The notes under the pieces: model-generated
The model's input: the letters and a program-made list of their open reading frames with translations, nothing else
Told to the model about the DNA's origin: nothing
Database searches by the model: none
Position numbers and translations under genes: made by a program
Assembly: GCA_964106915.2 (NCBI GenBank)
Contig: OZ066917.1
Source: Podarcis gaigeae
Lineage: Eukaryota
Length of the DNA stretch: 64,000 nt
Strand: one strand, 5' to 3'
Part shown: positions 54,255 through 64,000 of the stretch, piece by piece
Layout: every line of letters starts with the position of its first letter
How positions within the stretch are numbered: position 1 is the first letter of the stretch

Positions 54255-55519
54255 CTCCAGCACCACCTTCTGGGTTCACCCCTCCAGGAAGGAATGGAGC
54301 CATGGTAAATAGGTGGGGGGATTGGGACCATGAGATGAGTGGGCTTTAACTCTTTGCCCCTTTGCTGTAGCCTCCATCAGAATTATCCCCTTCCCACATG
54401 CCTGTTGTTTGAAACAGGAGGAGAGCTCTCATTGGTACCAACTGAAACTTCCCTCTCATTGTGAATAGTAAGTATATGTGTAGGGGTGGTCCAATTCTGA
54501 TTTGGACCATGGCAGTGGGCTAAAGAAATTGCCTCTTTCTGTGCCATGGTCCTGATTCATCCCCAGCTCTCCCACATCAGATACTTTTAAAGCAAAAAAT
54601 CAGCTATTCAGCACTCAAACTATGTGACACAAATGTCTAGCAGGGTGCTTTTCTAGGAGTAAGTTCCACTGAAATCAGTGCAACTTAATTCTGAGTAAAC
54701 ATACCAAAGATCAGATTGCAAATCTTACCCTAGCTTTTCTGAAATGTCATACCTCAGCTGGCATAAAAGAAATAAAGTTAAGGGAAATCTCCAGTTATAT
54801 GTGTGTATATGTGTATGGAAAGCATATCTACCCCAATATTTTCTTTTATCAACACAAGGCTGTGTTGAAACAGACAAGACACTTTGATTTGACCTTCATT
54901 TTCTTTCTCCCCCTTCTGTTTGTTCCCTTCTATCTTAATCTGTCTTCCTGTTTTCTTTGATGTTATCTGCAGCCTAATCTTAACTGAATGGGAAAGGCAA
55001 CTAGCCCATTTAGCAAACCGGAAAGCTGCATTACTTCAGAAATACATAAGCAGAGAAAATATCACAAATATTTAAGAGCTTTTTTCTCTTCAGGGAGTAA
55101 AACAGTGTTGCAGAGAAAGTTATTTTTTGCGTCAAATCTCAGTGTGTGCACAACAAGGGGTATTAAAATATGGGTGTTGACCAGTATTTTATCTTCCTGA
55201 GGTCATTAATACTTTCACTGTGATAACAGTATTGCTTTTACTGAAATCTTTAAACAGTAAAGCAGCTTAAATTCTGTTACATGCTTTAGAACAACACTTA
55301 TGTTAATAGCATTAACAACACTACATATGGAAAGTAATTAATAGCTTTATCAAGGTTACCAGAGAACACACATTGCAACCTCATTATCCACACTAAAGAA
55401 CTATCAGATAATTTAGATCTCTACAGATACAGCTGAAGGAAACTTAACTGGAACTAAGGTACATTTCACTTTAATCCATGTTATGTGTCTTTAGGATTGG
55501 GGCCTGATCCTAAGTCTCA

Positions 55520-55707
55520 GGCTACATACACACAATACCTTTAAAGCACATTTGAAGCACATTTCCCCCTCAAAAGAACTCTGGGGACTGTAGTTTGTTA
55601 AGGGTTGCTTGGAATTGTGACTTTGAGTGATAAACTACAATGCGCAGAATTCTCTGAGGGGAGAATGTGGTTTGAATTTGCTTTAAAGGTGCAGTGTATA
55701 TGCAATC
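55520..55707. mobile_element. Palindromic MITE
   Basis: Arms ACCTTTAAAGCA.ATT..AA.CACATT..CCCCTCA..AGAA.TCTG.G...TGTAGTTT and their reverse complement at ~55632-55690. Confidence 0.8.
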
Positions 55708-58700
55708 TAAGAGTTGCTAAGGGGGGACCTAAGACTGGCTGTTCCAGCAAATAAACACTCGTGGTGCAGAGTGTCTTTGGGTTTGAGAATCCATTTTGTT
55801 CCCTAGGGTTGTTCCTTTGTGCTTGCAGGGTGCTCATTGTAGACTTTTTAGTTCCTGAAGAAAGAAATAGCAGCCCTTTCTCTGACGTCCTCATAGCTTT
55901 TTCATTGGGTAACATGTGCTACATTGTGCTTCTAGTGACACAGTTGTACACCCTAAACAACTCTTTCCCAAGATGCTTTCTGTTCTGGATCTCACGCTTG
56001 TTGACATGGATGTCAGCTCATTACGTGAACTTCTTCGCCTGTGATTTTCCAGCAGACTTTACCAAGTTACCATTGTTACTAATTATGTATTGCTTCCTGA
56101 CTATTGTTCTGTTATCTCTAAAGTCAAATCCACAAACATGGAAAGAAGAGTAGGAAAGAAGTTGGTATAACACAGCAAGCACATTCAAGGCAGGGATTCA
56201 GTTCCACAAATGACTGATTTAATAAAACATGCCATCACAATCTAAACAACTATTTCATAGCCTGTACAAAAATACAAGTACAGCTGGATAAAAACCAATC
56301 CCATCAATGAGCAAAAATCAAACTGTCTTTGAATCCATCTTCATGAGGAGCTGTTGAACAACATACAATACCTCAGTTTATCATCTTCAGTGTGTATTTA
56401 AAAAGAACCATTCCTATTTTCTTTGACCATGGAATCAATTTACATCTGTACAAATATTTTCCCACCATGAGTCCATTGGGAGGTGAAATTCAATGGGTGA
56501 TATCTAAGGTTAGCCATACTCAGAGCAGGTACATGGAAATCAATGTGTTATGTTACTTAACTTCACTGATTTCAATGGGTCTACTCTGAGTATGACTACC
56601 ATTGAATATCAGGACCCTTCCAAGAATCAGATTTGTTAGAAAGGTACTATTACTTTTTCCTGAAAATGATATGCAGGTTTGTCACAGTGGGCTACTGAAC
56701 TGTCAGCTGTTCTCAATTCCAGACCAGATTTAACTTACCCGTTCACAACCCTAAAGAGCTTGGCTCCTTGAGAACCCCAGAAAAGTAAGTTTTTTTCACC
56801 TCCACCACTGTCACAAAGTAGGCACCATTATGTGCTGTCATCTGTGCTGTGAGACGTGTCCTTGGCCTGCTTCATCAAATGAACTAGAGAGCCAATTGGG
56901 CTCCACAATTTCAGAGATGGCACTTAGGCTCAAACATGTTGTTAGCCCTTCCCATCTTGCCATTCCATAGCAGGGCCAAGTCCTTGACAGGACGAGTGGG
57001 GGGATATAAAATGTTACAAACTTAGTAAGGCTTTACTGTCAAACTTTAAAAACTCCGTGGAAATGGATTAGAATTTAGTTCAATAGCTGACATCTAAAGC
57101 AAATAGCTGCTTTGGTAACTGGATTAAAAAATATTGATATTTACTTTCTTTAACAAGATGGATAATAAAGCATTTGTTGTAACTATCAATAACTAATTTG
57201 ACCATTTCACACAACTTACATACTAAAAATATTGAACTAGAACCAAATATATTGGGTTTTTTATGAATAAGTAATGAAAGAATGAATAATAAAACGCTAG
57301 AAAATAGAGCCTGCAAATACTGCTGGAGGGCAAAAATAAGAACATGACAGGATGAGAGCAATAGCCTCCAGTGAAGAGGCACTTAAAATGCTGTTTCCTT
57401 TCAAGAAACACCCTACGCCATCATTCTTAAGGTTTTCATAATTTCCTGCATGCCTAAAAATGCCTTGAGATTTCTTCCTTACTATTGTCATTAGATTCTT
57501 AGTAACAATTCCCTTGTAACAAGGGAATGATAAGCAAATTGTTGTGCTTTAAGGAAAGTGAAAAATGTGCCAAATGGTTGTCTAATCCCATCTAAGCAGG
57601 ACATACACAAATGCATATTCTCGGTGCAATTATGATCTTATTTCCTGAACTTCATCACATCTCATAATTAAAAAGACATTCCATGCCACTCACTTTTCTA
57701 ATAATGGGATATGCACAGGGAAGGACCCTGGGATCTCATTAAGTGTTCAATAATACAACCAATCTCTGCATGTGATGTTATGCAGCTCCTTCTTTCTTTG
57801 TTGACAAAACTTTACATCTGCATATATATGCATTGAAGTGAATGGAGAGCCCCCACAATTGACAATCTAAGTTGCTAGTTCCTTCCCCCAGATAAAATGA
57901 TTCCAACTAAATGACTGGCCAATGACTTCACTGCACAAGCCTATAAATGCATTGTGTGTGGGAGGGGCATGGAATGAATTTTGTGACAGCATCCTGCCAT
58001 TGCTATTGGTGAATCTTTCATGCATATCTTATGTTAGTGCATCACCATGACCCCTGGCAGGGAGACAGGGGAGAGAAAGATTGAATTATATTGGTTTTTA
58101 CAATTGTAATGTTGTCTCCCGCCCCCCACACACTATGTGGTGTTTTTGCCTTTGCTGTAGGGAAGCATAAATATCTGCCAGTTGTGGCAATCCAAACCAT
58201 GGAATAGCACAAGCCATCTTAGTTGACTTTAGGTCTGAAATGCCCATCTTTTAGTCCCACCACAGAGTATGTGTCCATTGACATCCATTGGCATCTTAGC
58301 CGCAGCACAATCCCCTCAGATGTTTTATGGTTCTTTATTTAGTGTGACTTTTCTTTGTACCGTCACCCTCATTTGCTTTTCACCCCCTGCCCTCCTCCAG
58401 ATAATTTAAAACTCAGTAGAAGTTACTGGAGTGAACAAAGTAAGAGAAGGTTCCCTGACAACAGGGAACCATCAACATGGTAAACACCATCAATGGTCAC
58501 TTGAAAATACTGAAATTATTATCATTTTATACAGCCTCTGCCTTTTTTCCCCTTTGCCAAACCAGTTTGGGAATTAACTGCCTGAAGCACAAGTTAATGT
58601 TCTAATAAACTAGTTGTTAACTGGTGTAATGATTGCTTTCACATAGCTTATTGCTATTATAAACCATTCTCAACAGTTTAGGAAATCAATACCATTATAT

Positions 58701-58939
58701 ATATTTTCAGAAAGAAGTCGGTGCATTGAGAACAGTACCCTTGGCAAAACAGTTGTTTACTGACAATTAATGCCTGGCTTTCCCACACTTGAAATGTGTT
58801 CCTTTTTTGCTTTTACAATGAAATTCTTAGTTCTGAACGACAGAACACAGTTGATGTCAAATTCTGCAAGTATTGCAACCAGTTTGAATTCACTCGGCTT
58901 TGAGCAATTGTAGGAAATTACAGCAGGAGACAGGAATTT

Positions 58940-59787
58940 TGCGGGCACACGCGCTAACCCTGTCTGGGGTGCCTACCCCTTTACCCCGAATGATGAGACA
59001 TGAGACCAGAGTATAGGTTCAAATTGGCCACAACTTTATTGAACTTCAGAAGTGGGAAACTTGGCACAGGCCTTGGCAGGTAACCCTCTCAGCCCACCTG
59101 GCTAAGGATATGCAGGCAGATGAGGCCCAGTGAGAGGCGACTGCAAAGTGCAAACTTACACAGCATGCCCTTCCACCGACCTCGTCCCAGGAGTTTGACC
59201 TACATGCTGCCGCTCTAGGGCCAGGGACTCCTGGTTTTTCCCTTTAACGGGCCCTGCAAGCGCCGCCACATGGGGAGGGAGCATGAATGCACCCCCCCAA
59301 CTTGATGTTAGATTAAGGCTACCTTGCCAAGGCCTAAAAACCGCCAAAGTTGTGACAAAATTGCTACGGGGAAGGCAAAACCTGCCAATGCACGGAAAAT
59401 TCCTTCCCTTTTCTGAATATAGCAACCATCTTACGACTGCAGCAGTGCCCGCTGACCTGGAACGCAAAATATTAGCCTGTAAAGAAAGAATCGTTAAATT
59501 GAAAATCGCTGACCTAGGATGAAATTATTAAGGCAAGAAATTATAATTTGAGGGAGGGTGGGTGGGTGATCCTGGAAGGAAGAACAGCAAAAGAGTCTTG
59601 AGCCAAGGAGTCAGCCTCTTTTCTTTTGGCCTTAGGCCCGCCCCCGGCCGGCCGTCCATTGTCCTCCCTGGCCGAGGGCGGATCAAAGGCCAGCTCAAGC
59701 AGGTGGATGGCACCCGTCCAGGTGAGCCTCGCTCGGTCCCGCAAACCCCACCCACCTGTGGGGAAGGGAGGGCGGATATTAGCAACA
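58940..59787 (-). mobile_element. DIRS/Ngaro-like non-coding terminal-repeat unit, copy B
   Basis: CpG-rich insert in AT-rich flanks with minus-strand AATAAAGTTGTGGCC, CCGTTAAAGG and CACCCACCCACCCTCCCT. No target-site duplication visible. Confidence 0.55.
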
Positions 59788-62345
59788 CAAAGAAAACAGA
59801 TGGAAAAGCTAGATTGAGACGAATCTTAAGATTAAACAATATTCTATGCAACACCTATTTAAAGCAACATTTACAAAGAGCACAAAGATGTGTTACTTGC
59901 TATTTATCCAGGAATGTTGAACGTTTGCACTTCTTCCCCTTGTACTGCTTTAATGATATCCTGTTTATTTTGCTCAGGTTTAACTGTAGTCAGAAAGCCA
60001 TTGCATTTCTTTTTTTCCCCATTAATTTTTTTTTATGAGTACTATATTTTAGCTGTAATCAATATGCCTACTCATCTAGAGAGAGGTTGCTGAAGACAGG
60101 AACAAGGATGGGTTGGCGATAGGGCAAAGGCACTGAAGTTCAAAAGAACTCCATGGCCACTTTGATGACATAGGGACACACATTTTTCAAAGTGCTCAGC
60201 TCCCAGCTGTTGCGTCTTGCAACTAAGGTGGCTCATAGCTTTGTTCTGTCATAAATTGCTTGCAAGACTTGGTAGTTATGCTATGATCTGTATCTTATTC
60301 CAACTTTATTTTTTTTTGTAATATGTCAGTATATTGCTATGCCAATTTCATGGTCTGCTACTGCTGCTATGGTACAAGTATTTTGGTCTAAGCAAGTAGG
60401 ACAGAACTAACTAACCAGTCATCACTTACATTATCAAAATACTCTTTGTTTTCCATTGGTTCTAGGGATTAGCAGCATGACATTGAACCAGCATGTTATG
60501 GTATCATGGTTCACTATTTAAGGCCTGCTACTGAAGTAACATTCTAAATTTGCTCAACCTCCACATGGAGCTCATCCTGAACTGTTGTCATACCATGCCT
60601 TGCTTTAGAATTGCTCTGCCTGGCCTTGCTGTGTTTGACTCTGCTTACTATGAATCCCCTGTTTAGACCAGAACCCTTGTTCTACTAGGCTCCTCACCCG
60701 GAACAGAACACAACCAGCTCTTCATGAAAGCTCAAAGTGGTACTGCCCCATGTGCTTCTGGCAAACATCCCTAACACTTTGCAGAAGTGGGCACTGAACA
60801 TAAAACCAGCCCAGGGACAAAGAAGCTCTTGGACTGAAGTTCTATAGCAGGCTCCCCCAACCAGGTACAATCAAGATGTTTTGAACTACAACTATCAACA
60901 GGCCCAGCTGGTATAACCAATGGTCAGCGGTGCAGCCCAGCAGCATCTACAGGGCACAAGGCTGGGGAAGGCTTCTCCCTTGTTGTGTAAGAGCAAAAGA
61001 AGAATCCAGCATCTTCTTCTCACAAAGGTGAGTTATACTGTAAGGCTGGTCATGGAGGTGGGGCCACGATAAACAGATGTTAAAATGGTACTCTACATTA
61101 GTTTAAGTGACTCAGTTTTTGGTGCAACACTTGTCAGAAATTTGGGCTTACAATTAGTGTCTGCTTGTTTCAGCTCCTGAAGTTTATGTTAACTTTACTG
61201 GAAACTTCTTAAAAAAACAAAACAGGTCTGCAGAAACCTGGATAAACAAATGCATAAATTAACATGGTCTCTTGTCTTGGACATTCCCGTAACAGCAAGA
61301 TGCTTGCCAAGAAGGCCAGGAAGAAAACTAATGTTTAAAGTGGTTTCCTTACCGGCTGCTCTGATTATTTACTGTAGCTATTTATAAAGGTTCAAAGCTG
61401 CCAGCAACAAAAATGCAGATTTGCAGAATACATGGTGGCAACAGTTTCAGCTTGACAGCACTAGCTGTGGAGTGTCAGAATATATCAAGCTATCCTGCTC
61501 CTGAAGAATATAATGTAATCTTTTTGCTTCCACTGGATGAGTAGCCAGTAGGTATTTTGTGATGATATGTGAAACATCTTCCTTTGCTAGTTAGTCACAG
61601 TTATATTAATGAAGGCATTTTTGTGTGTACTATCAAGAAGGTAAGAATAAAACAGCCCCATGATTTCACGCTTGCAGTCATGTGCACACTTACTTGGGAG
61701 TCATTCCTACTGAATATACTGGGACATTTTCCTGACAAAATCTGAACAAGATCTGAGGGCATTGCTGTGATACTAAAGTACACCTACTGAAAGTAAAACC
61801 CAAGTAAACATATTTCCAAGTAATATGCTAGGCTGAAACACTGTTTATAAATTATCTTAATAAGCATGATACAATGCTCAAAATAAATTTACTGGGCAGT
61901 TTCTATTTGAAACATTTTGAAGCCACACATGTTTCCAGCTGAAAAGTGAATAAAATGGCTCAAGTTAATGAAAGTAAACCTAAAACCACACCCTGATTCT
62001 AAATATTTGTTACATCATGATGTCTGATGGCGTATTGGCTCAGTAGCTGATATTGTCCATCCTAAACATCTCTTTTCAATAAGTCTTGCAATAATTATTG
62101 CCTGAAACCCCCCCCCCCAAGCTGTTGATGTTATACATAGGCAATAAAGATATATATCATATATGCAACTGTATCTGCGAAGAAATCTAATAAAGGACAG
62201 TCATATTGTTTCATCCTATATTTGCAAGCACAGTGGCATAATCCTTACAGAAATGTTGAATTTCATTGCCAGAACTGGGAAAACTAAGCTTAAAGAAGAA
62301 AAGCACAGAAAACATAGCTTGCAGATTCTTTAAAGAATTAAAATA

Positions 62346-62587
62346 CAGTGGTACCTCAGGTTAAGTACTTGATTCGTTCCGGAGGTCCGTTCTTAACCTG
62401 AAACTGTTCTTAACCTGAAGCACCACATTAGCTAATGGGGCCTCCCACTGCCGCCATGCTGCCAGAGCACAATTTCTGTTCTCATCCTGAAGCAAAGTTC
62501 TTAATCCGAGGTACTATTTCTGGGTTAGCGAAGTCTCTAACCGGAAGCATATGTAGCCTGAAGTGTATGTAACCCAAGGTACCACTG
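62346..62587. mobile_element. Tc1/mariner (Tigger-like) MITE
   Basis: TA|CAGTGGTACCTCAGGTTA ... TAACCCAAGGTACCACTG|TA, the same TIR class as 20483-20710. Confidence 0.9.
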
Positions 62588-62617
62588 TAGATGGTGTTTG
62601 GCAAGCCCAAGATGTGG

Positions 62618-62760
62618 CATAGGTGCAAACTCCCTGGGGCCCTGGGTGCCTGAGCACTCATAAAATTCTACGTGAAGGGTCCGGGCAACCACAAATTTTT
62701 GGTGCCAGGGCCATGCACACTGCATGGCACCCATGGCCCTGGGCACCCATGTGTGTGGGG
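62618..62760 (+). mobile_element. GC-rich MITE-like fragment, same family as 7790-7920
   Basis: Extended reverse-complement similarity to 7790-7920. Confidence 0.7.
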
Positions 62761-64000
62761 CCAAGCTCGCATTCCTGAGATGTAGCATACATGTGGCTTT
62801 ACCTTGCATGTGGGAATGCAATGTTTGGATATTTAAAGCTGGGTAACAGTTTTAAAAAATGGTGAGAAAATATTGTTGCCTCCAATCTCCATCTAACAAA
62901 TAAATCAATTGGGACCTTTGTCAGCATCCCTGCAGCTGGTGCAAATTAGTGCAGCTGCACTAAATTCAAGTGTGGCAAATCAATGTAGCCAAACAAATAT
63001 AATCCAGCTGTAGCTCTGACCCAGAAAGTTTGATTTTCCTCAGTGCCACACATCAAATCGCTGGCAGAAGTGGAAGTATGCCTCTTTGCTCCAATCCACA
63101 TTAAGAAAACAGTAGACGAGTCAAACCAATGGATTAAAATATAACTGCAGACACTGAACTTTCTTAAGTCCCAAATTTACAGCAAGATAATCTTACAAAA
63201 ATGAGGAGGAGGAAATCATTGCAGATCTTCACTGCTGGAAATGGTCGAATTCATTGCTTGATTTTTTTGAGAGGAAACTATTTCAGCTAGCCTCTTGGGT
63301 TTCATATACCAATGTGTCAATACCTCATTTTCTAATACTTTAATGAAGGACAACAACAGAAGCTTCTTTTAGAATTGCACTCCTCATCTCTGGTGGGTGT
63401 TTCCCCATCACAAATAAAAAGTGATTAATTGTGACAATACTTGGTGGGTAGTTTAGAGTTGTGCACTTTATGGGTTGCAATTGGAGAAAATGTTAGAAAG
63501 AACACAAAAGCACTTCCCAGTTATTTGGATGCTGAAGACATGGCTGGTGCTTGAGTGTATTCTGCCTTTCGCTTGTAAGTGCTCCCTGTTCTTACAGATG
63601 GAGACTTGTGATTATAAAGAAATCAAAAGAATAAAATTCTACAGGCTGCAGCAATTCATCCGAAGTGATCCCCCTCTTCAATGAAATAATTTCCTTATCT
63701 TTTGCAATTAGGCATTCCTCACATTTTGCAATTATAATAACTTCTGTGAAGTTGTTCCTTTTCTAACAATCTGGCCAGTGTCGCCCATTCTTAAGCATAG
63801 TGAGAAATGGAGACATACACAATCATCCTTATTTATTTATTTTTACAGAAGACATTTCTTACCCACTCTTCTTTGCCAGGATATTTCAAGAGCAAGTGAC
63901 GTTAAAATCAATACAATATACACATTAAAACAAAATAATAGAACAAAAGGTTGTATTTCATTAACTCATCCTGTCAGCAAGCTCCCCAAATCTGCTCCAG

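Noticed and set aside
49103-60038. ORFs of 90-158 aa within the two DIRS/Ngaro-like elements
   Set aside because: No RT, RNase H or tyrosine-recombinase (HSFRIG...GRW.S..Y) motifs, and the ORFs are not conserved between the two copies.
27100-64000. A second protein-coding gene upstream of TMEM47
   Set aside because: No ORF resembles a protein I recognise and no consistent exon chain is visible. Small exons of a large gene or a lncRNA cannot be excluded without RNA-seq.

Overview
This is vertebrate nuclear DNA. The repeat content (Sauria SINEs with (ACCTTT)n tails, BovB, CR1, L2, tRNA-derived SINEs, hAT and Tc1/mariner MITEs) points to a squamate, most likely a lacertid lizard. The only protein-coding gene I can support is TMEM47 (claudin/PMP22/EMP superfamily) on the minus strand. 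It has three coding exons, 26223-25998, 7254-7114 and 638-460 (226+141+179 = 546 nt, 181 aa), GT-AG introns and a CpG-island promoter at about 25.5-27.0 kb. The 3' UTR runs off the left edge. The 37 kb upstream is gene-poor, with decayed transposons, microsatellites and several repeat-free blocks that may be conserved enhancers. There are two assembly gaps (6289-6416 and 39286-39495). I see no clearly new coding system. The most unusual items are: (1) two diverged ~0.8 kb non-coding elements (49.0-49.8 kb and 58.9-59.8 kb) sharing an ordered chain of short motifs, probably DIRS/Ngaro-type relics; (2) a head-to-head Sauria SINE/RTE-derived composite; (3) a tRNA-Ile/CR1 SINE; (4) a candidate uORF and a second in-frame start in TMEM47; (5) a 26-bp exact direct repeat 1100 bp apart in intron 1. 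Repeat family names come from recalled consensus motifs, not database searches.
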